Part shown: in pieces, positions 20,374 through 29,236 of the stretch
Position numbering within the stretch: position 1 is the stretch's first letter
Layout of the letters: every line of letters begins with the position of its first letter
Origin: Marinicella sp.
Lineage (GTDB): Bacteria > Pseudomonadota > Gammaproteobacteria > Xanthomonadales > Marinicellaceae
Length of the DNA: 64,000 nucleotides
Direction of reading: 5' to 3'
Assembly: GCA_965230295.1 (NCBI GenBank)
Contig: OZ246001.1
Location: 3,296,001-3,360,000, forward strand
Made by a program: the position numbers and the translations under genes
The notes under the pieces: generated by a model
The model's input: the letters and a program-made list of their open reading frames with translations, nothing else
What the model was told of the DNA's origin: nothing
The model's database searches: none

Positions 20374-21831
20374 ATGTCTATGTCAATATTAAAAAATCTA
20401 AAAGCCTTGGAAAAACAGTGGGCGGTGTTGGAACCTTCTGAGCATACCAGAGATCAGCTGAATAAACAGGTGACAAAGTTCACAGACGCATTTCTGAATC
20501 AGCTTGAACACTTGCCTGCTTACTGCAGTGATGACCAAGTCGGACCCGGGTTGTCAATCGGTGATGAGCCGCCTCAGGACATCACAGGTATTCTTGATTC
20601 ATACCGCAAGGAAGTCATCGATCGAGGCATTGTGGCTTCTTCAGGTGGGCATTTGGGTTATATCCCGGGTGGCGGCATTTATGCCTCTTCCCTGGCAGAC
20701 TATCTGGCTGCTGTGAGCAATGAGTATGCGGGTGTATTCTATGGATCACCAGGGGCTGTTACCATAGAAAATGAATCGATTGAGTGGTTAAAAAATGTAT
20801 TCGATTTTCCAGCCGAGGCGGTTGGTAATTTAACTTCTGGCGGGTCGATAGCCAATTTAATTGCCTTAACAGCAGCCAGAGATCATTTTGGGATCAAGAA
20901 TGAAGTGATCTCTGAATCTGTCATTTATTTGAGCCCTCAAGTTCATCATTGCCTACATAAAGCAGTCAGAATCATTGGGCTTGAAGACATTCAATACCGC
21001 ATAATTGAACTGGATGATGATTCCAAAATGGTGGTGTCAGATTTAGAACAACAAATTCAGAATGATAAAGAACAAGGCCTCAACCCATTTTTGGTTGTTG
21101 CCTCTGCCGGAACCACCGATACGGGTGCCATTGATCCACTGGACGCCATGGCCACAGTGGCTGAAGCTCATGGCTTGTGGTTTCATGTGGATGCTGCCTA
21201 TGGTGGTTTTTTTATCTTGGTTGATAGCAAAAAAGCCGACTTTAAAGGCATAGAAAGGGCAGATTCTTTGGTGGTTGATCCACACAAGGGGCTGTTTTTA
21301 CCTTATGGTCTTGGTGCTGTTTTGGTGAAAAACAGGGCTTCTGTATTGCATTCACACCATTATCTGGCAAACTACATGCAAGATGCCCACCAGAACGGCA
21401 TGACTGACTCACCAGCAGATTTATCTCCTGAATTAACCAAGCATTTTCGCGGGCTGCGCCTGTGGTTACCACTCAAGTTATATGGAACCCAACCATTTGT
21501 GGCCTGTTTAGAACACAAATTGCTGTTGACTCAATATTTCAGGGATCAACTCAAGGCCGTTGGTTTTCAACTGGGACCTCAGCCAGATTTATCAGTGAGT
21601 TATTTTTGGTTCCCAACTGAAAAGAAAACGCAAAATCAATTCAATCAAAAACTTTTGGAGTACATTCTAGCAGATGGTTCGGTGTTTCTCAGCTCTACAT
21701 TGATCAATGACCAATTTGTGATTCGTATGGCCATATTGTCATTCAGAACTGACATCAAAACCATCGACAAAGCCATGGTCATGATCAACCAAACACTTGA
21801 ATTAACCCGAAAAGATTTTGGGCCCAATTAA
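20374..21831 (+). CDS. PLP-dependent group II decarboxylase (aromatic amino acid/glutamate decarboxylase family)
   Basis: TSGGSIAN, AGTTDTGAID, HVDAAYGG, DPHK (PLP lysine). Confidence 0.9.
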   Translation: MSMSILKNLKALEKQWAVLEPSEHTRDQLNKQVTKFTDAFLNQLEHLPAYCSDDQVGPGLSIGDEPPQDITGILDSYRKEVIDRGIVASSGGHLGYIPGGGIYASSLADYLAAVSNEYAGVFYGSPGAVTIENESIEWLKNVFDFPAEAVGNLTSGGSIANLIALTAARDHFGIKNEVISESVIYLSPQVHHCLHKAVRIIGLEDIQYRIIELDDDSKMVVSDLEQQIQNDKEQGLNPFLVVASAGTTDTGAIDPLDAMATVAEAHGLWFHVDAAYGGFFILVDSKKADFKGIERADSLVVDPHKGLFLPYGLGAVLVKNRASVLHSHHYLANYMQDAHQNGMTDSPADLSPELTKHFRGLRLWLPLKLYGTQPFVACLEHKLLLTQYFRDQLKAVGFQLGPQPDLSVSYFWFPTEKKTQNQFNQKLLEYILADGSVFLSSTLINDQFVIRMAILSFRTDIKTIDKAMVMINQTLELTRKDFGPN

Positions 21832-21924
21832 TGTGAGTTTAATGATGGATCCTGGTGTTCAATACCAGGAAGCAAGTGCTGCTATAATGTTGTGTTTCTG
21901 TATCTTGAGAGTCACTCCAAATCC

Positions 21925-22359
21925 ATGCCCAGCCCCAGAAAATTGTTTCACACCATCAGTTATTTACAATACCCCCTGATGTTGGCTGCGTTGGCATTTT
22001 ATGTGCCGTTTGTCATCACGCTGTTCAACAAAGCCCCTGATTGGTCACTACTTAATTATGTACTGATATTATTCGGTGTTTCATTAAGTTTTTCGACCCT
22101 ACAGGACACCACCACGACACAAAATAAATTTTCCAAGAAAATTTGGCAAAACCCCACCAAAGGCAAAGTTGTCTTGACCCTCATTGCACTGATGGCATTT
22201 GTGTTCATTGTGGTCGGGTTATTGGCCTTGCTGATGTTCAAGGCCGATCAAACAGAAAGTGTGGCGGTTGGGGTCACAGTTTTGGGCATTGGCATGCTTG
22301 GCTTGCTCAAAGCAGCGATTGAGATGTTTGAAAATCACCGTTTGGATAAAAATGGTTAA
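21925..22359 (+). CDS. Hypothetical membrane protein (4 TM)
   Basis: Four hydrophobic segments, SFSTLQDTT motif; likely start MPSPRK. Confidence 0.75.
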   Translation: MPSPRKLFHTISYLQYPLMLAALAFYVPFVITLFNKAPDWSLLNYVLILFGVSLSFSTLQDTTTTQNKFSKKIWQNPTKGKVVLTLIALMAFVFIVVGLLALLMFKADQTESVAVGVTVLGIGMLGLLKAAIEMFENHRLDKNG

Positions 22360-22548
22360 CGCTCAGGCCTTGACATCGAAAATATGACACAACGCCCAAA
22401 TAAGCAATTTAATGAGCACAGCCGTTGTCAAAAACACCATCAACACCACCATTCAAGAAACCTGAGATGAACCATCACAGATCATAAAGAATACATGTTT
22501 CAAATCAATGTGATTGGTATTAAGTTATGGTTACACCTGACAATGAGG

Positions 22549-23310
22549 TTAAAAAACAAACCGGGTGTGTGGTGTTTTATGGTTTATGGAATCTAAAATA
22601 AAATTCCTGTTGCCACCATTAACAATCCACATATTGGTTTGACTTCTGGAACAAATCTCTGCTGCTTGTATTTTTGAGGTCATACCACCGGTACCTAAGT
22701 CGTTGTCGTGGTTTTCATCGATGTATTGTCGGCAGGATTCAATGTCATTGATTTCTGGTATCAATTGAGCATTTGGGTCTTTTTGTGGGTTTTTATCAAA
22801 CAAACCATCGATGTCGGAAGCCAACATGAGTAAATCTGCGGCCATGAGGTTGGCTACATACGCCGACAGTTTGTCGTTATCGCCGAAGACGATTTCATCA
22901 ACCGCTATGGTGTCATTTTCATTGATGATGGGAATGAAGTTGTTATTGAACAAGTCATTTAAAGTGTTTTTGATGTTGGATTGGGCTTCAGGGTTATCAA
23001 AGTCACGGTAAGTTAACAGGCATTGTGCGGTGGCGATACCAAAATCCCTGAAAATTTCATTGTATATTTGCATCAAAATGGGCTGTCCAATGGCTGATAA
23101 GGCTTGGCGTGACGCAGACATGTACCAGTTGTTGACTGTGGCGAAATGTTTGGCTGTGGCAATGGCGCCAGATGAGACAATGGCTATGTTGTGAGTGGGC
23201 TGAAGTTGTACCAATTGTCTGGCTATGTCTTCTATCTTGCCTCGGGAAATGCGATCAGAACCTGCCGTGAGTGTTGAGGAGCCGATTTTCAATACCAGGG
23301 TTTTTTTCAT
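22549..23310 (-). CDS. proB: Glutamate 5-kinase (short form without PUA domain)
   Basis: VLKIGSS, VSSGAI, INEND, GDNDKLSA, GTGGMTSK. Confidence 0.93.
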   Translation of the reverse strand: MKKTLVLKIGSSTLTAGSDRISRGKIEDIARQLVQLQPTHNIAIVSSGAIATAKHFATVNNWYMSASRQALSAIGQPILMQIYNEIFRDFGIATAQCLLTYRDFDNPEAQSNIKNTLNDLFNNNFIPIINENDTIAVDEIVFGDNDKLSAYVANLMAADLLMLASDIDGLFDKNPQKDPNAQLIPEINDIESCRQYIDENHDNDLGTGGMTSKIQAAEICSRSQTNMWIVNGGNRNFILDSINHKTPHTRFVF

Positions 23311-23317
23311 GTTAACC

Positions 23318-24499
23318 TCAACCCCTGATGTTGCCGTTACCAGTGATGAACCATTTGTTGGTCACCAGTTCATTCAAGCCAACAGGGCCTCTGAAGTGAA
23401 GTTTTTGGGTACTGATGGCGATTTCCGCCCCTAAACCAAATTCACCACCATCGGTAAAACGGGTTGATGCATTGTGGTAAACGGCAGCACAATCTATTTC
23501 ATGTTGGAATTGTTGAGCTGTTTGTGGGTTGTTGGTGATGATACAGGCTGAGTGACCACCTGAATACCGGTTGATGGTTCGAATGGCCGCAGGCAATTCA
23601 TCGGTGAACGCCAATAAAATTTTCGGTGCTAAAAACTCTTCATAGAAAACAGCTTCACTGTTGATCGGTTGAACGGCTGGATTCAATGATTGAATGGATG
23701 CATATGCCAGTACTTCGATGCTGTTATTCAGCAATGCCTGGACCAAATCAGCCACCTGTTGACGATCCAAATTTTGGTGGATCAAGACTTTATCCAGCGC
23801 ATTGCAAACACTGATGCGTTGCTTGCCATCCAATATGACTGATAGGGCCATATCAAAATCGGCGTCTTGGTCAATATAGAGGAAATTATTGCCCCGACCA
23901 GAAATAATCAAGGGTATGTCGGTGTTTTCTCTGATTGACTGAATCAGTTGTTCACCGCCACGTGGAATGATCACATCAATGTCATGGGTGTTGTCGCTGA
24001 TCAGTGCTTGGGTTTGGTGCCTGTCATAATCTAAATAACTAACCCGGGCGGTGTCTTGGTTGTTTTTAGCCAGTGCTTGTTGCCACAGGTCTACCAGCGC
24101 CCTATTACTCTTTCTTGCCTCTTTTCCACCTTTGAGTAAGATTTTATTGCCTGCTTTGAAGGCAGTGATGGCTGCTTCAATGGTGACATCCGGTCGAGAT
24201 TCATAAATGATCAGAATGGTTCCAAATGGTACGACACGATTTTCAATCAGGAGATCACTGGCTTTTTGATGGCGGTATAGGACCATGCCTTCCGGATCGT
24301 CCATTTGCCTCACTTTTAATACCGATGCTTGCATGCCTTTGACTTTTTCGTCATCCACTTTGAGGCGATCGTAAAGTGCCTCATCTTCTTTTGGGCAGGC
24401 AGCAAGGTCTTGATGATTGGCATGCAAAATGTGATCTTTGTGTTGCTCAATCAAGCTGGCTAAATCTAGCAGTACTTGGTTTTTAATTGCGGTCTCCAT
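23318..24499 (-). CDS. proA: Glutamate-5-semialdehyde dehydrogenase
   Basis: IYESRP, LKGGKEA, IIPRGG, VCNA, NASTRFTDGGEFGLGAEIAISTQKLH. Confidence 0.95.
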   Translation of the reverse strand: METAIKNQVLLDLASLIEQHKDHILHANHQDLAACPKEDEALYDRLKVDDEKVKGMQASVLKVRQMDDPEGMVLYRHQKASDLLIENRVVPFGTILIIYESRPDVTIEAAITAFKAGNKILLKGGKEARKSNRALVDLWQQALAKNNQDTARVSYLDYDRHQTQALISDNTHDIDVIIPRGGEQLIQSIRENTDIPLIISGRGNNFLYIDQDADFDMALSVILDGKQRISVCNALDKVLIHQNLDRQQVADLVQALLNNSIEVLAYASIQSLNPAVQPINSEAVFYEEFLAPKILLAFTDELPAAIRTINRYSGGHSACIITNNPQTAQQFQHEIDCAAVYHNASTRFTDGGEFGLGAEIAISTQKLHFRGPVGLNELVTNKWFITGNGNIRG

Positions 24500-24751
24500 G
24501 GTGCTGATTTTAGCAGTGAATCAGGTTTGTACATAAGTTTGCTTATAACTTTTTTGCATCCAATTCAATTGTTGTCAGATACTGAATGCAAAAGACGTTT
24601 TTTATGGGGTGTACAAGTTCACAAATTTCTTCAGGTATTTTCTGGTAAGATATTAATAAATAACAAAAAGTGGAGGAATTAAAAACAATGATCCCGGTTG
24701 GTTTTTCCATTACTGACCATTGCAAAAACGCACTGCCAGCGAGGTGTGTAG

Positions 24752-26386
24752 ATGGACTATAGCTGGATCACTTTAGCCCTCAATGACTTTTTATGGATTG
24801 GGCTGACCTTTGTGCTGGGGTTTTTGGCCCAGAAAATGGGCTTACCTCCATTGGTTGGTTTCTTAACAGCTGGGTTTATCTTAAGCACGCAGGACATCGT
24901 TTCACAAACGCTGTTAAAAACCATGTCAGATCTGGGTATCACTTTGTTGCTATTCACCATAGGGTTGAAAATTAAAATCAACAACCTGGTTCGGCCTCAA
25001 GTTTGGGGCGTGACGTTGATTCATTCCTCTTTGATGGTTTTGGGTTTTACTGCCATCATCAGTTTGTTGACGTATTTAGGAGCGGCCTTATTCATTGATC
25101 TCAGTTTCAAGAATGCGCTGCTTTTGGCTTTCGCTTTGAGTTTTTCCAGTACCGTTTTTGTGGTGAAGGTCATGGAAGAGCGGGGTGAATACGATGCCTT
25201 ACATGGTCGCATTGCCATCGGTATATTGATCATCCAAGACATCATGGCTGTGGTGTTTTTGGCTTTTTCCGCCAACAAAGTACCAACGATCTGGGCCATT
25301 TCATTGTTGCTACTCATACCATTCAGGTTTCTGTTGCGACGCTTGTTAAACTCAGTGGGCCATGGTGAATTGCTGGTCTTGTTCGGTTTTCTCTTGGCCA
25401 TTGGTGGGGCCGAAGTATTTGAAATCTTGGGGGTGAAGGGTGATTTGGGGGCCTTGATATTGGGAGCTTTACTGGCCAATCACCCCAAATCCATCGAATT
25501 GGTTAAGAAAATGCTCAGCTTCAAAGACTTGTTTTTGTTGGGGTTCTTTCTGTCAATTGGACTGTATGGTCAACCCAATTGGAATGACGTGATGTTGGCC
25601 TTGTTGTTAACCCCACTGGTGATGATCAAGTCTTGGGTGTTCTTTGTGTTGTTCACCAAATTCCAATTACGTGCCAGAACGGCTTTGTTGTCTACCATCA
25701 ATTTAAGCAATTTCAGTGAGTTTGGTTTGATTGTGATTGCCATTGGTGTCAGCCAGTTATGGATTGCAGATACATGGTTAATCGTGATGGCATTGATGGT
25801 GTCTTTTTCGTTCATTGTTTCTGCCATTTTTAGCCGTTTAGCCAATGAAATTTATAACAGGAATCGAAAATGGTTCAAAAAATTTCAAAGCAAGGATCGC
25901 TTGCCTTTTGATCCTGTTTTGAACATTGGTAAAGCAGAAGTCGCTGTGATTGGTATGGGCACCATAGGTACCGGTGCCTACGATCAATTGAGTCAACTAC
26001 ATAAAAAGTTAGTGGTTGGCATAGATGTCAATGTATACAAAGTGCTGAATCATAAAAAAGCCCATCGACATGTGGTTTTGGGTGATCCCAGCGATGCAGA
26101 CTTTTGGGATCGAGTGAAAAAGATGCACCGATTGAAATTGGTGGTGCTGACATTACCCAATTTTGAGACCACCATTGAGGTGGTTAAAATGATGAAAGAA
26201 ATGGGTTACCACGACCGTTTGGTTTCCATTGCGAAATTTCAAGAGGACATTGAGGCACTGGAAGATGCTGGGGTTGATATGGCTGCCAATATTTTCACCG
26301 AAGCTGGGGCCGGTTTTGCCAGTCACATCATGGAAAACAATGATGATGCCAGAAAGGATGGTCTTTACATGCCGATTAAGGGTTAG
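24752..26386 (+). CDS. Cation:proton antiporter (CPA2/Kef-type) with C-terminal TrkA-N domain
   Basis: LPPLVGFL, LLLFTIGL, SFSST, IIQD; GMGTIG Rossmann motif. Confidence 0.9.
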   Translation: MDYSWITLALNDFLWIGLTFVLGFLAQKMGLPPLVGFLTAGFILSTQDIVSQTLLKTMSDLGITLLLFTIGLKIKINNLVRPQVWGVTLIHSSLMVLGFTAIISLLTYLGAALFIDLSFKNALLLAFALSFSSTVFVVKVMEERGEYDALHGRIAIGILIIQDIMAVVFLAFSANKVPTIWAISLLLLIPFRFLLRRLLNSVGHGELLVLFGFLLAIGGAEVFEILGVKGDLGALILGALLANHPKSIELVKKMLSFKDLFLLGFFLSIGLYGQPNWNDVMLALLLTPLVMIKSWVFFVLFTKFQLRARTALLSTINLSNFSEFGLIVIAIGVSQLWIADTWLIVMALMVSFSFIVSAIFSRLANEIYNRNRKWFKKFQSKDRLPFDPVLNIGKAEVAVIGMGTIGTGAYDQLSQLHKKLVVGIDVNVYKVLNHKKAHRHVVLGDPSDADFWDRVKKMHRLKLVVLTLPNFETTIEVVKMMKEMGYHDRLVSIAKFQEDIEALEDAGVDMAANIFTEAGAGFASHIMENNDDARKDGLYMPIKG

Positions 26387-26424
26387 ATATTGATTTAATA
26401 ATGTCGAAAAACAAAGGTTAATAA

Positions 26425-26754
26425 GTGAATCATAAAAAACCAATACATAAAAATTTTGGCTTGTTGATGTCCGGAATGGGTTTGGCTTTGGCGATAGGTG
26501 GTTGGTACATTTACTCAACAGTTGGAACTTTGTATTTTGTTGTGGTTGGTATATTAATTCTGGTCAGTGGCGTGCTAATTAACAGAGGTCTGAAATGGGG
26601 AGCCTATTTATTCATGGCCACATTTACCCTGATGGTGATATGGTCTATTCAGGAAGAAGGCTGGGTCATCGAAAAATTGTTCACGCGTCTGGGTATGGCT
26701 TTGATCATTTTGATTTATATTTTCGCCTCAAAAATTTTTAAAGGTTTGAAATAA
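26425..26754 (+). CDS. Small membrane protein resembling the N-terminal anchor of membrane PQQ glucose dehydrogenase
   Basis: GLALAIGGWY...GTLYF..G..L.SG.L...W...E.GW....L..R pattern; 4 TM. Confidence 0.6.
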   Translation: MNHKKPIHKNFGLLMSGMGLALAIGGWYIYSTVGTLYFVVVGILILVSGVLINRGLKWGAYLFMATFTLMVIWSIQEEGWVIEKLFTRLGMALIILIYIFASKIFKGLK

Positions 26755-26771
26755 ACGGGTCATGATTGAAC

Positions 26772-27995
26772 TCACTTCAGGATTTCAAATGTTACCCCGG
26801 CATGATTGTGCAAACGGTCAATCAATGGATCACCCATCAAGGTGGCAGGTGTCCAGAATCCGCCAGGAACTTCGTCTGATACATCTTCTATCATACAGAC
26901 GGCTGTTTGGCTCATGACTTTTGCAGTGGAGCCGTAGCCTGGATCCATATCACCCAAGACTTTGGTGATGATTTGACCGCCATCCTCAGTGGTGCCGACG
27001 AACCTGAAATCATAAAAGCCATTAATTTGTTCTTCTTTACTGGGACCTTCGCCAGGTTTAGGTAAGACAAATTTTTTCAATATGCTGCGAATGGGTCCAA
27101 TGCCAATGCCCAAGAAAAATGCACCCAAACCCCAGTAAATACTTCTGGCTCGCATCTTGCCTCTGATTCCAGGTCCGGTCATCATGCCTTCGTTGTATTG
27201 GAAGTTTGAACCATAGGCGTTGTCGCTTAAGGCATTGGAACGATGCACTATGCGGGTGTTGATGGATGACATAAAAAAGGGTGCTGTCCATTTTTTGAAT
27301 GTGTCATCAAACTCCAGTTTAACTTCATGCTGTCTGGTTTTGAACCCATGATCTTGGGGACATAGGGAGTAGGGATTCACCAATGTTTTCTTAACTTGTG
27401 GATCGTCTTTGATCTGTTTGGCAATGTTCAAAGCCGTCGCTATGGTGCCACCTGATGCTGCACCACGCATGTTTTTGATGCGAAGTTTCACTTTTGAACA
27501 GTTGGAGCCCAGTCGTTTTTTGGCTTCTCTTTGTAGGTGGTAGACGCCTAAATCTGATGGTATTGAGTCAAATCCTGTGCAATGTACGATGCGGGCGCCT
27601 GATTGCTTGGCAACATGTTCGTATTTATCCAGCATTTTTTTGATCCAATGTGCCTCACCTGTGAGGTCACAGTAATCAGTTCCAGTCTCAACACAAGCCT
27701 GTACCAAAGGTTCCCCATATAAATCATAAGGGCCAACCGTCGACATCACCACTTGTGCTTGTTCACACATGTTTTTCATGGCTGTCAGATCGCTGGCATC
27801 AGCAATGATCAAAGGCATAGCCGAGGCAGATGACCCCAGGCTCTCTTGCAGTTTCTTGAGTTTTGGCTCGGAACGTCCTGCCAAGGCCAATTTCAAATCC
27901 TGGTCTGCAAAGTGCTGCAACATGTATTCACAAATCAGTTCACCCACAAAACTGGTGGCGCCAAATATTACGATGTCATACTTTTTTTTACTCAT
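26772..27995 (-). CDS. Saccharopine dehydrogenase-like / trans-acting enoyl reductase family protein
   Basis: YDIVIFGATSFVG, TVGPY, YCDLTGE, GFDSIPSD, DPGYGSTA. Confidence 0.9.
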   Translation of the reverse strand: MSKKKYDIVIFGATSFVGELICEYMLQHFADQDLKLALAGRSEPKLKKLQESLGSSASAMPLIIADASDLTAMKNMCEQAQVVMSTVGPYDLYGEPLVQACVETGTDYCDLTGEAHWIKKMLDKYEHVAKQSGARIVHCTGFDSIPSDLGVYHLQREAKKRLGSNCSKVKLRIKNMRGAASGGTIATALNIAKQIKDDPQVKKTLVNPYSLCPQDHGFKTRQHEVKLEFDDTFKKWTAPFFMSSINTRIVHRSNALSDNAYGSNFQYNEGMMTGPGIRGKMRARSIYWGLGAFFLGIGIGPIRSILKKFVLPKPGEGPSKEEQINGFYDFRFVGTTEDGGQIITKVLGDMDPGYGSTAKVMSQTAVCMIEDVSDEVPGGFWTPATLMGDPLIDRLHNHAGVTFEILK

Positions 27996-28056
27996 TGTGG
28001 TTACAAAGGTTGAATCCAATTAAGGGTAACACATCAGGTGCAAAGAAAAAAACCAA

Positions 28057-29112
28057 TCAATTGTCATCATCAACCACCAACCCTTTGGCAATGGCACGTT
28101 GTCGCCATTTATCCCTGGCATGTTTTTGCATGTCTTTAACTTGATCGACTTCATCCATGATTTCAAGGCCCAACAAGGTTTCAACGACATCTTCCAGTGT
28201 TACCAAACCTGCGGTGTGGCCATATTCATCGACCACCAATGCGATGTGTTGTCTTTGATTCAACAACAATTCCAACAAGACTGGCATGGTGGTTGATTCA
28301 ATCACCGTGGGGATTTCCCTTTGTATGTCTTTCAGTGGCTTGTTTTCGCCATTGGCTTGGGCCAATAATATGTCTGTTTTCAGTACAAAGGCAGCGATGT
28401 CATCCATTTCTTCAGAGAACAATGGCATGCGCGAAAATTGGGATGTGGCTACGGTTTCAAAAACCGAGTCGACTTCTTCACTGTCAGCTAAACAAAACAT
28501 GACGTTGCGTGGGGTCATGATGTCTTTGGCATAAATGGCATTGAACGTGAATAAATTATCAATGATGCGCGATTCTTGTTCGTCAATGTGTCCAGTTCTG
28601 TGTCCCAGCCCAGCCATGGCGATGAATTCATCCCGATTGAAACCATGGTGACTTTTTCCTTTTGAAATCAATCGGGTAACCAATTCTGAAAGCCAAATTA
28701 TGGGGTATAAAATTTTGATTAAAAAAGACACAAAATAAGCCACAGGATTGGCCAAGCCTTTCCAATAGACCGCCCCTATGGTTTTAGGTATGATCTCTGA
28801 AAAAAACAGGATCAACACTGTGATGATGGCAGAAAATAAGCCAATCCAGGCATCGCCAAAGACATAGGTGGCTTTGGCCCCGGCCACAATGGCACCAACG
28901 GTATGTGCTATGGTGTTTAAGGTTAAAATGGCCGCCAAAGAACTGTCAATCTCTTGAAATCGCAAACGCTTGATCCTTTTGGCTTTTTTCTCATCTGATT
29001 GGATGAGATTTTCAATATATGAGGGTGTGATGCTGAGCAACACAGCCTCAGCAATGGAGCACAAAAATGAAAAAAACAACGCCCCAAAAACATACAACAG
29101 CAATAAAAGCAT
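28057..29112 (-). CDS. CNNM/hemolysin family (DUF21 + CBS pair) transporter
   Basis: SFLCSIAEA, SEIIPK, IMTPR, VVDEYG..GLVTLED. Confidence 0.92.
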   Translation of the reverse strand: MLLLLLYVFGALFFSFLCSIAEAVLLSITPSYIENLIQSDEKKAKRIKRLRFQEIDSSLAAILTLNTIAHTVGAIVAGAKATYVFGDAWIGLFSAIITVLILFFSEIIPKTIGAVYWKGLANPVAYFVSFLIKILYPIIWLSELVTRLISKGKSHHGFNRDEFIAMAGLGHRTGHIDEQESRIIDNLFTFNAIYAKDIMTPRNVMFCLADSEEVDSVFETVATSQFSRMPLFSEEMDDIAAFVLKTDILLAQANGENKPLKDIQREIPTVIESTTMPVLLELLLNQRQHIALVVDEYGHTAGLVTLEDVVETLLGLEIMDEVDQVKDMQKHARDKWRQRAIAKGLVVDDDN

Positions 29113-29181
29113 AGTCAGTCAAATGTCAATTAGGATATATGTATGGACGCCGAAGCACTTTGGCAATGGCTAAATAAAACT

Positions 29182-29211
29182 AGTTGGCTTGAAAATCATT
29201 TCAAGCCAACT
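29182..29211 (-). terminator. Intrinsic terminator after aminopeptidase gene
   Basis: AGTTGGCTTGAAA-atca-TTTCAAGCCAACT hairpin; T-rich tail on the minus strand. Confidence 0.65.
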
Positions 29212-29236
29212 TCTGTCGTGGTCTGCCAAGTTAGGA

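Noticed and set aside
22363-22452. 29-aa hydrophobic minus-strand ORF MVVLMVFLTTAVLIKLLIWALCHIFDVKA
   Set aside because: Weak RBS and no other support; cannot be called a gene or a YcaO precursor
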